A stretch of DNA of 64,000 nucleotides from an uncultured candidate division Zixibacteria bacterium (GTDB taxonomy: Bacteria; Zixibacteria; MSB-5A5; GN15; PGXB01), in contig OY969724.1 of assembly GCA_963702205.1 (NCBI GenBank), positions 1,984,001 to 2,048,000 on the forward strand. Direction: 5' to 3'. Shown here piece after piece: positions 26,572 to 37,569 of the stretch. How positions within the stretch are numbered: position 1 is the first letter of the stretch; the number at the start of each line of letters is the position of its first letter. The notes under the pieces were generated by a model that worked only from the letters and a program-made list of their open reading frames with translations, was not told where the DNA came from and did not search any database. A program made the translations under genes and the position numbers.

Positions 26572-29500
26572 ATGATGAAAAATAGGATTTGCATCTTGAT
26601 TTTTTGCACCGGGCTGTTGCTGACAGGATCGTCGGCAACCGCCTCGGGCAGTTATAAACTTCTGAAATCAATGGGCAAAGCATCGGCCGAAGTTGTCGAT
26701 CACGCGCCGAGTCCGTATTCTTCCGGCCCGATGGCTCGCATCGGTGGGCCCTCGAAGCGTAATCTTCTCGGCTTGAAAAGAGACAATCCCTGGCGGCTGC
26801 CGTCGAAAAGCCTCGGCTGGTCCGGCCCGCAAACACTTCACGTGCTGGTTCTTCGCTTCGATTTTGAAGAAGACAACGACCCCTTGACCACCGGCATCGG
26901 CAAGTTCGATACGAGAGATACCATTCAGTTTTTCGAGGAAGAGGGGCACCTTATCGACCCGGGTCCGCACTATAAAGAATATTTCGAAAAAGAAATGACG
27001 GCGCTGAACAATTACTATCAGGCCGTCTCGGACAGCCTGTTGACCATCGAGTACGACGTCTTCCCCAGTCAATACGATTCGGTGTACCATCTGCCTCATA
27101 CGATGGATTATTACGGAGCACAGTCGCCCAATAACGGCCTCGGGCAGTATGTCATAGACTGCATCGAACTCGTTGATGCCAATGACGATGAAGTCACGTT
27201 CGGGGAATATGATTCATACTTTTTGATGCACGCCGGTTCCGACCGTCAGAACGACGTGGCGGGCAACACGCCGCACGATCTTTATACGGCCAATGTATTT
27301 CTGGGCTCGGATTACTATGTCGACGTCGACGGCGGGTCATACCAGGTGACGGACGGCGTCGTCTTTCCCGAAGCGGCCAGTCAGGACGGCCGCGTGGTCG
27401 CCATGAACGCGGTTCTGGCTCATGAGTACGGACATCAGCTCGGGCTTATTGACTTATATAATACCGGGACCAATCCGCCACTGACAAGAGTCGGCGATTT
27501 TGCTCTGATGGATAACATGGGACGGGGAACGGTCATTCAACTGCCGTTTGCGATCGGTGATCAGTACACGGTACGGCTCGTATCCGACGTTTTTCCGGTG
27601 GGTCACGATGCATGGTCGCGGGCGTATCTCGGATTTCAGGAGCCGGTCGTATATCGTGGAAACACGCCGATAGAATTGGCCGCGGAAATGATGTACACCG
27701 ACAATGTCAAAATCGCGAAAATACCGATTAACGAGCAGGAATATTTTCTGCTGGAAAACCGCCAGGAGGATATTGACGGGGAACCGACCAATCCGATCGC
27801 CGATAAAACGACCGGTGTCATACAGGGGCCGGGCAAAGCCAAATTCGATACGCTTCAGCTCGATCCACTGATTGTCGATACCAGCCTCGTCCTGACCGGA
27901 GAGTACGACGTGCTCGTGCCGGGCTCAGGGATGCTTATCTGGCACGTCAACGAAGCGGTCGCGGCGCGCGATACGACTATCGGCGGGGTAACGATGGACT
28001 TCTTCGACGCCAATATTCTTCAGATTCTTCGGAATGAGCCGTTTATAGAGGTGGTCGAAGCCGACGGAATACAGCAGTTTGGCCGGGGTTATTATACGAT
28101 CGGTTACGTCGGAAAACAGGCAGATATGTATTACGCCGGAAATAACACGTCGTTCACGCCGACCAGTGTGCCGCCGTCGGAGACTTTTGCGGGAGCCAAT
28201 TCGGATGTCTTCATAGAAAACGTATCGGCTTCCGGACTGACCATGAGTTGCGATTTCAGCCACGATTTGATGTCGACGGGGTTCCCACGCCGGGGCGGAT
28301 ATCCGAAGCTGGGTTTTTCGCCTATCGCGACGGACCTCGACAACGATGGTAACGATGAAATTGTTTTTGTGTCGGGTAACTATATTAACGCCGTTAATAT
28401 CGACGGCACTGATTTTTGGACGGCCGGGACACCGGAGTTCGATTCGGTTTATTCATCGGTGGGTTCGTATGCCGCACAGTTGCCACTGTTTCAAAAAGAA
28501 AATTATTTGATTACGGCCGGGCCGGTTGCGGGAGATTTCGGTCTGAGCGGTGATAAATTTATCGCGGTTGGTTCGTACAATCCTCTGGGTAATACGGCTT
28601 ATGCCAAAGTCTATTACAGCGGGGAGGATGACAGCCTTGCCGACGGTAGTCCGCGCCTTTTATTCAGCGATTCCAAATCGGGAGTGATGGTCTGGTGCGC
28701 TTTCAAAGATTCGATATTGAGTTTTTTGACTTATAGTGCAGTCGGTTCTGATACATTACAGCAGATTATTACATACTCAGAATCCGGGGAACGTTCGATA
28801 AATTATCCTCCAATAAAAGAACCGCAGCCATACGGGGTAAGTACCGTTGGTGAGAATTATGCGGGTACTGGCCGGGGATAGTTCATCGGTCAGATTGTAC
28901 TATGTGAAGAAGAACGCGGACACGAGTTCGTACGATCTCGACGGGCTGTTCCATTACGGTCCCGTTACGGTTGATCTCGACCGCGACGGACAGCCGGAAA
29001 TAGTCGTGGCGACGCCGCAGGGGCATGTTAAAGTAGTAACGATCGATACGACAAATAATAATCCGACGTTTTCCTACAAAGAAGTATTTCTCGATGATTC
29101 GATAACGGTCAATCCGGTTATCGCGGATATGAGCAACAACGGTTATCCCGACATAATTTTGTCCGGGTCCAACCGGGTTTACGCTCTCGATAGAAATTTG
29201 ACCTTGTTGACCGATTTCCCGGCCACAATCGACCGCAGCTATTCGGATGAGACGGTAGTTTCGGCGCCGGTCGTGGCTGATATAGATAACGACGGGCGTC
29301 AGGACGTAATGGTCGTGACGACCAACGGGAATTTGTATGCGCTGGGGCCGCAGCGTCTTCACAACTTTCCAATCAACGCCGGCAATGTCAGAGCCGATTC
29401 GATATTGACGTTCAACGGAAACTGGGGCCGGAGGTTTGTCCCGGTGGCGGCCAATGACGTCGGCTCACCCGTGGTCTTCTCCAAAACCGATCGGGGCGGT

Positions 29501-29932
29501 CTGGGTTTTCTGGGCGCGGACGGCTGGTTTTATTCGTACGACGTATGGTACAACGAGAACCGGGCCGACTGGGCGATGTACGGCGGCGGGGCCGATGGTT
29601 CGCTGGAGTTCAGCAATGGCCGGATTATCGCGCCGTTGGCGGCGACGACCGATTTCCCGGCCGACAGTTTGTACTGTTATCCCAATCCGACCCTCGACGG
29701 TCAGACGCAGCTTCGATATTTTGTCGGGGGAAACGCCAGCGTGGCGGTCAGGCTGTTCGATTTGACCGGGGTTCTGGTCTATGAAGATGAATTCAATGGT
29801 GAAGGCGGGACCAGCAATGAAAGACAATTAAATCTTTCATTTCTGCCCACCGGAATATATCGTTGTAAGGTGAAAGTGAATATCAGTGGCTCGGAAAGCT
29901 CCAATTACACTGATATAGCAATCGTTAAGTAG
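26572..29932 (+). CDS. Immune inhibitor A (M6) metalloprotease with FG-GAP repeats and a T9SS-type CTD; frameshifted near 28863
   Basis: HEYGHQLGLIDLY, EYFLLENRQ, GMLIWHV; DLDNDG/DLDRDG/DIDNDG repeats; CYPNP...GIY CTD. Removing one G from GCGGGTA joins ORFs 26572-28881 and 28847-29932 (about 1119 aa). Confidence 0.8.
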
Positions 29933-29946
29933 AAAGGGCGAAGTTA

Positions 29947-30834
29947 ATGAAGAAGGTGCTATTTATCGCGGGATTTTTCGTTGTACTGGCGGCCGGATTG
30001 TCGGTGGCCGTGGAATTGCCGCAAGGTGTATTGGAGCGGGAAATACAAACGATTAAAAATACCAGCCTGTCGCAGCAGGGAATGATGACGGCGACGGATG
30101 ATGAAGGACTGGACGAATTCTCGACCGAAACCAAGGATGATCTTTATAAGTACGAGTTCAAATCGCCCAAAAAGGCTTTCTTGATGTCGCTGGTGGTTCC
30201 GGGCTGGGGTCAGTACTATGCGCGGTCGAATTTCGTCAAGCCGGTGCTCATGGTGGCGGTCGAAGTCGGTTCGTGGGTCGGTTACATTAAATTCCACAAC
30301 GACGGCAATAAACTTACGGATGAATTTCAGGCTTTCGCCAATCAGCATTGGATCGAAGGTGACCGTAATGCCGTCGACTCAGTTAATGGTCATAATTACT
30401 GGGATTGGTACCGCCATTTTGCACAAGCCGGCGACACTATAGGAGGCAATGAACATCTGCCGGATACCAAGACACAGCAATATTACGAAATGATCGGCAA
30501 ATATGATCAATTCGCGGGAGGTTGGGATGATTATTGGGATCCATTGGTCAACCCGGATCCGTATGCGGATTACAGTAATCTTACCGTCATGACTCCGAGG
30601 CGGGCCCTGTACGAAACGATGCGTGACAAGGCCAACACCAAGCTCGATCATGCCAACCGATTCATTATCGTGGCGATGGCAAACCACTTGCTGTCGGCCT
30701 TCGATGCCGCGCTCGCTGCCAACCGATTCAACAAAAACAGTACCGGTGACAGTTGGCTGTCGCTTAATGCCGAAGTGAAAAAGTTTTCCGAAGTTGAAGA
30801 AGTCCCGATCATGAGGTTAACGTATCATTTTTAA
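29947..30834 (+). CDS. Exported hypothetical protein (DUF5683-like motif)
   Basis: Signal peptide; KSPKKAFLMSLVVPGWGQYY; NHLLSAFDA; ends in Phe. Confidence 0.65.
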   Translation: MKKVLFIAGFFVVLAAGLSVAVELPQGVLEREIQTIKNTSLSQQGMMTATDDEGLDEFSTETKDDLYKYEFKSPKKAFLMSLVVPGWGQYYARSNFVKPVLMVAVEVGSWVGYIKFHNDGNKLTDEFQAFANQHWIEGDRNAVDSVNGHNYWDWYRHFAQAGDTIGGNEHLPDTKTQQYYEMIGKYDQFAGGWDDYWDPLVNPDPYADYSNLTVMTPRRALYETMRDKANTKLDHANRFIIVAMANHLLSAFDAALAANRFNKNSTGDSWLSLNAEVKKFSEVEEVPIMRLTYHF

Positions 30835-30847
30835 TGGGAATAATGGA

Positions 30848-31666
30848 ATGAAATTTGGCGCTTTGAAATATTGCTCGTTAATGGTACTGGTTATCTTGCT
30901 TAGTGCCGGAGTCGCGTCGGCGAAAATCGACCTGCCGGAATCGAAGATCAACCTGCAGCTGGCACAAGTATCTCAAATAACAATGAACAGGAATGCCGTG
31001 ATTTCGTTGGCGCCAACGTCGCAGGATCAGTCATATTTCCCCGGCAGGCACTATTCCAAGTCCAAGGCTATCGCGCTTTCGCTGCTTTTTCCCGGAGCCG
31101 GACATTTTTATATAGGTGAAAAGAGCCGGGGCGAGGTTTTTATGGGCGCGGAAGCGGCGGCCTGGCTGGGGGCGGCGGCCTTTTATATTTATGGCAAATG
31201 GAAAGAGGACGATTATCATAATTATGCCACGGTTCACGCCGGGATCGACCCGTCGGGAAAGAGCGATGACTTTTACCGGACGTTGACCTTCTATGACAGT
31301 CGCGAGGAGTTCGACGGCCGGGGTTTGGTGGATTTTCCCGACCGGATGTACTATCCGGACACGCCCGAATACGACTGGCAGTGGGACAGCGAGACCAACC
31401 GTGACGCATACCGAAACATACGTAATTCATCGAAGGCGTCCATCCGCAATGCCACGTTCATGATCGGGGCGGCGGTGGCCAACCGGATCCTGGCGTCGAT
31501 AGATACGTTTCGCCTGTTACGGAAGGTGAACCGAAAGAAAAAAGACCGTGAAGAAGATATGAACGATGATTACCTGGGATTCCTCCGGGGCGTCGATTTC
31601 AAGTTTTCCGGTAATCCGTTCGGGAGCAATCCCAGGGTCCATATAACCGTAGTTAAGAATTTTTGA
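30848..31666 (+). CDS. Exported hypothetical protein, paralogous to the upstream gene
   Basis: Signal peptide; SKSKAIALSLLFPGAGHFY; NRILASID; ends in Phe. Confidence 0.65.
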   Translation: MKFGALKYCSLMVLVILLSAGVASAKIDLPESKINLQLAQVSQITMNRNAVISLAPTSQDQSYFPGRHYSKSKAIALSLLFPGAGHFYIGEKSRGEVFMGAEAAAWLGAAAFYIYGKWKEDDYHNYATVHAGIDPSGKSDDFYRTLTFYDSREEFDGRGLVDFPDRMYYPDTPEYDWQWDSETNRDAYRNIRNSSKASIRNATFMIGAAVANRILASIDTFRLLRKVNRKKKDREEDMNDDYLGFLRGVDFKFSGNPFGSNPRVHITVVKNF

Positions 31667-32625
31667 TGAATTCAAAGCCCGGCCTTTTCCTGACTTTATT
31701 CATAATCATTGCACTTGCGGGTTGTACCCCACCGAAAGATAAAGCCGATTCCATAAAGCACGACACTAAACCTTCGGGATTGGTGTTAATCGGCACGATC
31801 GAAGGGAACGTATTGGGGAAAAAGCTGGGTGCTCCAAAAGGCATTGTCGGCGATGGTACCGGCTCCATATATCTGATAGATTCTCAAAACAGCCGTCTTT
31901 TGAAATTCCTGAACGATTTAAGCCCGCACCGGGAGACCGGCGGGTTCGGTTTCGGGTCCGGTCAGTTGAACGGTCCGACCTATCTGGCCATCGATAACGA
32001 TCTGAACCTGTACGTATCCGAAGCGGGCGGCAATGACGTTTCGATTTTCGATTCCCATCTCAATTTCGTCGACCGGCTCGATCTCGTGGAGGCGTCGGGC
32101 GATCAGGGATTCGGCAGCCCGGCCGGTGTGGCGGTCAATGAGTACGGCGAGATCATTGTCGCCGATCCGGTCAAGGGACGCCTGGCGGTATTCAATAACG
32201 TCGGTAATTTCGACCATTTCATCGGCGGGGTGGAGAATTCGACCGGCTATCTTCTACAACCGCAGGGAGTCTGTCTGGATAAGGACAAAGATATTCTGGT
32301 CAGCGATGCCGTGAATCGACATGTCGAAATGTTCGATGCTACCGGCTTTTATGACGGCAAAATTGGTGATCGCATACTTAAAAAGCCGCAGGGACTGGAA
32401 GCGGACGGCAACGGTTTCGTCTGGGTGGCCGATGCCGCTCTCGACGGGGTGTATTGTTTCGATTATAAGGGCAACCAGATTTTTGCCGCCGACCGGGATT
32501 CGTCGCCTGAGGGATTCGACTTTCTGCATCCATTCGACATAGCGGTGCTCCCCAATGACAAACTGGCTGTCAGCGACTCGGGGAACAACCGCGTCCTCGT
32601 TTTCAAAATAATTCGTTCACAGTGA
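31666..32625 (+). CDS. NHL-repeat beta-propeller lipoprotein
   Basis: Lipobox LAGC; six P.G.A.D...(Y/W)V.D..N.R repeats. Confidence 0.85.
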   Translation: MNSKPGLFLTLFIIIALAGCTPPKDKADSIKHDTKPSGLVLIGTIEGNVLGKKLGAPKGIVGDGTGSIYLIDSQNSRLLKFLNDLSPHRETGGFGFGSGQLNGPTYLAIDNDLNLYVSEAGGNDVSIFDSHLNFVDRLDLVEASGDQGFGSPAGVAVNEYGEIIVADPVKGRLAVFNNVGNFDHFIGGVENSTGYLLQPQGVCLDKDKDILVSDAVNRHVEMFDATGFYDGKIGDRILKKPQGLEADGNGFVWVADAALDGVYCFDYKGNQIFAADRDSSPEGFDFLHPFDIAVLPNDKLAVSDSGNNRVLVFKIIRSQ

Positions 32626-32640
32626 TGGCCGGGGTCATCG

Positions 32641-35600
32641 ATGACCGCATCGCGCAACATTTCACTTTTTGTATTCACAATAGTACTCTTCGTTTGCTCC
32701 GTGCAGGCGGCGACCGGCGTCTATACCGGGACCGATCTCAAGACGACATTAAAGCTGTACGACGGCATGATAATTCCCGGCAGCGACAGTATCCGGCTTA
32801 CGGGTTCATTGCTTGTTCGCGACGTGGATTATAGTCTGGATTATACTAATTCAGTGCTCAGGCTGAACCATGCATTTCAACCCAAAGATACTTTGTACAT
32901 ACGGTTTACGCCGCTCCCTTCATGGATCAGAAGGCGGTACGGCGCGGAGGTTTCGCCCCATGTGCCATCGCCGAATCTGGTTGCTCCGGGCAATGCGGGC
33001 ATCGGAATAGAGACGACCAAACCCGTTGAAAGAACGGCGGTTGATATTTCCGGGGCCAAGAAATTTTCGCTTTTGTCTCAGACTGGGGGCGGGTCACAGT
33101 TCAGCCAGACTCTCGACCTTCGCCTGAAAGGGGAACTGCGGCCCGGCTCGAGGTCAGCGGATCGCTGAGCGATCGCGGTTACGATCCATCGTATGGCACG
33201 CTCAACAGCCGGTTGAGCGAGCTGGACAAATTGTATTTGACGGTGAAATCGGACAAGTTTCGAGCCGACGTCGGGAATCTGGAGATTACGGAAAAGGCAG
33301 AATACGGGCGGCCCCTCATGAAGCAGGTTTCGGGGATGACGGCCCAGCTGAATACATATCATGCCTCGCTCAAAGCGGCGGTGGCACGGCCCCGGGGCAC
33401 GTTCAAGTCCGTCAAGTTCAACGGTGCCGACCGTAACCAGGGGCCGTACCGTATCTATTTCGGAAGCGCAATAAATCCTATCGTGCCCGGTTCAGAGCGC
33501 ATCTGGCTCGACGGGCAGCTTCTGGAGCGGGGCAGCGATAAAGACTATATCATGGACTACCCGGGTTCGTCGGTGACGTTTACCGCCCGGCGACCGATAG
33601 ATTCACGTTCGCGTATTGAAATTGACTTTGAACCGGTTACTGAAAATTATGACCGGTTGTACTATAATTTCGGCGGTGGAGCGGCGCTTGATGATTCACT
33701 GGCGACGCTATCGGTCAATTTCCTTCACGAAGGCGATGACAAGAACCGCCTCGAATCGGGCGATTTAAGTGTCGAGGATATCGCCCGGCTGCAGACCATC
33801 GGGGATTCGGTCGCGCAAAATTATAAAAGCGGAGTCGTGCCCGATCCGACCGGCGATTATGTGGAGCTGACGGATGCATTCGGCAATGTGTACTACGAAT
33901 ACGCCGGTGAAGGAAATGGCGACTATCGGGTGAATTTCTCAGCAATCGAAGCGGGAGCGGGTGATTACGTTTACGATGGCGGTAGTGTGTACCGTTATGT
34001 CGGGCCGGGCCGGGGGGATTATTTGCCGATCGTGACTATCCCGGTGCCGTCGTCGGAAGATTATCTCGAATCATCTTTAGCTTTCCGGCCGGCGAAAGGA
34101 ATGATTACCTCGTTGACGGTTCGTCAGTCCAATTTGGACCAGAACCTGTTTTCGACCCTGGATGACGGAAATAATATCGGAAGACACTATGCTGGCGAAG
34201 TAAGTTATGGGGTCGCGCCGCAAATTGATTCGCGGTCAGACGGCTTTAAGATCGGGGCGGAACTTATCGAGAAGAATTTCAAGGCGTACCAGAGACTGAA
34301 TCGGGCCGATCTTGACCGAAAATACCTGATTCCGGCGGGACTACAATCCAGCGGGGATGATTACCGGGCATCGGCCAGCGGGGTGTTAGGGACATTGAAC
34401 GATTTCAATGTTTTCACCGACGCCGGATATTTGGAATACAAGAATCAGTTTAAATCGAAGTACGGAACGGTGGCGGTGTCGAAATTGGATAAAGATGGTG
34501 CCTCTTCATATATATTGTACACTCGGCTGGATGCGAGACTGGATTCATCGGGTATGAACCGCGACGGGTGGGGGGATATTGTCGATACAAGGGTCAACGT
34601 CCGGCCGGTGGGGAAAACGAATCTTGAGACCGCATTCAAATATGACCGCCGGGAAGACGAATATGTTGGAGAGTTGAGGGGATCGACCGAATATAGTTAC
34701 GAAGCACGGCTGTCCTGGCTGGCGCATTCGCTGGCGGTTTCGGTCTATGATGAAGACTCACTGAACGGTCAATGGCTGAACCGTCGGCATCGCCTTCGCG
34801 GTGAACTTGGCTCGTCGTTGACCTCCGGTCCGGTCCGCTCGGATATATTTATCACGGCTCAGAGATTTACCGAGAGTGGGCACGAAGAAGACCAGCTTCT
34901 GGCGCGGGTCGGGACGACGTACAATCCGATACGACATAATATAACGGTGAGTACGTCGTACACCATATCCGATGAAAACCGCTATGAACGCGGGATTACC
35001 TATTTGGAGGTGGAACCGGGGCAGGGTCAGTATATTCTGGAAAATGGGCAGTACATTCCCGATTCCGAGGGAAATTTCATAAAAATCGAGGAAGTCCGCT
35101 CCGACCGGGCGGCAGTGAAATCGGGCGAGAAGGCATTCCAGTTCGTATATAACCCGTCGGGTTTATATGTCAGGCTGAATTCGAACAGTAAAGAGGACTT
35201 GCTGGCGGACCAGTCGCGCGACTGGGCCTGGCTTTTGCCGTTTTATTCCAATGGAAGCAAGCGATTTCAAAATCGCAGCCTCGATTATTCCGGTGAACTC
35301 AAGGCGTTTCAAAAGCCGGGTTATTACCTATTGAATTTAGCGGTCTCATATAATTATGAAGACAGACTTCTTTCGGGGCAATCGTACAAACGCTACGATG
35401 ACAGGTTTGCGGCGCAGCTAAAGCAGGGTTATGGCCCGTGGCTGGTCGAGCAGGATTTCAGCTATTTCGAGTATTTCAGTGACAGCTATTTTGCGGTCGC
35501 CGACGATATCGACGGTTTTTTAACCGGCGCGAGCGCTATTTATAGGGTCGGGTTCGGACAGGTTTCGGCCGGTGTGTCGTTTCGCAAGGCCGACGACCGC

Positions 35601-35894
35601 AGCGGCGCTCAGTCGCGGCAGGTAATCGCTGAACTCAGCCCGATTTTGCACCTTTTCCCGGGTGGTGAGACGACAATAAAACTATCCGGGTATCGTCAGG
35701 ATTTGACTAGCACGGGGTCGGTATCGTACAGATTGACGGATAACAAAAACGGCAAGTACGGAGCGATATGGTCGGTGCGGTCGGATTATAAGATGGCCAA
35801 AGATTTCAGATTTACGCTGACCTTGTCGGGACGGCACAGCGACGACAACAAGCCGCGCATAGTCGGGCGGGGAGAATTCATTGCGTATTTTTAG
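32641..35894 (+). CDS. Large outer-membrane protein with SprA-like motifs; frameshifted near 33146
   Basis: Adding one base at CCCGGCTC joins 32641-33168 to 33213-35894 (RPGLEVSGSLSD...SELDK; about 1084 aa); two PGS..I...G.LL....DY..DY motifs; beta-strand-rich C-terminus ending in Phe. Confidence 0.65.
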
Positions 35895-37530
35895 GCAAAT
35901 ACTCGTCGGGGTCGTGCTCCTGGCGGGTATATCGATTCAATGCGCCGAAGTCTCGTTTGAGGATGGCACTTCTCAGTGTCAGGAGGCCGTTAGGCATTTT
36001 GTCGGCCAGTTCAAGGGTGAAGGGCCTGAGGATTCGCTCCAAACGTATTTGATTGATAATGGTTTTCTGAAGGCCGTAGTAACGAAAAAAGCCGGGGATT
36101 CGGCATCCTATAGTATCAAATTCGGTCCGCATTTCAAAATCAATGATATAATCGTGATCACAAGTGATACGACGGACACGTTGCACGTTAATAAGTACAT
36201 CGACAAAAGCACATTCACCGGTGTTCTCGATTCAATTATTCAGATTAATAAAGATCGCGGGTACAATTTTACGGAGATATTGATAGATAGTACGATCTTG
36301 AAAGACAGCCTGCTCGATGTAGGTTTGAAAATAAATCGCGGTCCGGCAACGGTCGTGACGGATATCGAGTTTCCGGGCCTGCGCAAGACCGATGCAAAAC
36401 ATCTGGAAAAGTACTTATATATTCAACGCGGCGATACGCTTAAGCCCGATCGGCTCGAACGAACGGTGAACAGCCTGCGGCAGCTGGACTATCTGGAGCC
36501 GTCCGGAGCGCCGGAAATTGTCCCGGAACCGGGGTTTCTGGGCAGCCGCCTGGTGCTGCCGGTCCGGGAGAAAAAGCAGTTTTATTTCAACGGGGTGGCC
36601 GGGTATATCCCTGATGACGGCGGGACCTTTGTCGGCTATCTGGATTTTGTCGCCCGCAATTTTATGGGCCACGGTCGTCGGGGTGAGATTGTTGTCGACC
36701 GGCGCGACCGCAATAATTCGGCGTTCAAAGTGTCGTTCCGCCAGCCGGTCTTTATTTCGGGGCCGGGATTTGTCAACGGCGCGCTGGAAACGCGCGATTA
36801 CCGGGATTATTTTTATGAGTTCAGTCTGAACGGGAGTTATTATCAATCGTTGTCGCAATCGCTTGATTTAAATGTCGCGCTGGGCTGGAAGAATGTCGAA
36901 CCGGCCGACCAATCGGCACGGTCGTTCCGGGCGTACAGCGCCTCGCTCGGTATAAAGTGGGGGCAAATCAGAGCGGAGCGGGAGCCGTCGTTCCAGACGG
37001 AATTCGCCTGGACGATATCTTACTCGCGGCGGGCCTATCGGGCGCCGGGTGAGGACAGCCTTGCGGTAGGCAGGGTCTACAACGATACGCGGGCCGAAGT
37101 TCGGTCGGCAGTGCAGGCGAAATTGATCTCAGACTTTTCGGGATATTTATCACTGGTTTTCAAAGATATCGAAAGCTCGGAAGATTTTCTACCGCTGTCG
37201 GAGTTATATCTTATCGGCGGGCCAGGAACACTTCGGGGATATCGAACCGACCAGTTCGCGGCCGAACGAGCGGTTGGGCTGGTTCATGAGTGGCGGCTGT
37301 TCTTTTCGGAAAGCGACTATTTCTATCCTTTTGCCGATGGAGTCTATTTTGAGCGGGTCGAAGCCTGGTTGTCGGGCGAACCGATTAGGAGGTCCTTTGA
37401 CCGGTGGGGTTTCGGATTCGGAGTGTCTTTGTCATCCAGCGCCGGGCGGCTGGGGCTGTCGTTCGCGTGGGGAGAAGACACGGCCCTGGATCAGCCTCGG
37501 CTAAACGTGCAGCTTTCCAGCCAATTTTAA
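35881..37530 (+). CDS. Omp85 (BamA/TamA-family) protein with POTRA domain
   Basis: POTRA-like IEFPGLRKTD segment, NFMGHGR, IGGPGTLRGY motif, terminal Phe. Confidence 0.85.
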   Translation: MRIFRQILVGVVLLAGISIQCAEVSFEDGTSQCQEAVRHFVGQFKGEGPEDSLQTYLIDNGFLKAVVTKKAGDSASYSIKFGPHFKINDIIVITSDTTDTLHVNKYIDKSTFTGVLDSIIQINKDRGYNFTEILIDSTILKDSLLDVGLKINRGPATVVTDIEFPGLRKTDAKHLEKYLYIQRGDTLKPDRLERTVNSLRQLDYLEPSGAPEIVPEPGFLGSRLVLPVREKKQFYFNGVAGYIPDDGGTFVGYLDFVARNFMGHGRRGEIVVDRRDRNNSAFKVSFRQPVFISGPGFVNGALETRDYRDYFYEFSLNGSYYQSLSQSLDLNVALGWKNVEPADQSARSFRAYSASLGIKWGQIRAEREPSFQTEFAWTISYSRRAYRAPGEDSLAVGRVYNDTRAEVRSAVQAKLISDFSGYLSLVFKDIESSEDFLPLSELYLIGGPGTLRGYRTDQFAAERAVGLVHEWRLFFSESDYFYPFADGVYFERVEAWLSGEPIRRSFDRWGFGFGVSLSSSAGRLGLSFAWGEDTALDQPRLNVQLSSQF

Positions 37531-37569
37531 ATTGTTGACATACGGACGGTTATATCGCTATCGTGAACC

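Noticed and set aside
33166..33168. TGA as a selenocysteine codon (also 54896-54898)
   Set aside because: The continuation is in another frame, so these are frameshifts; I found no convincing in-frame Sec gene in the window.
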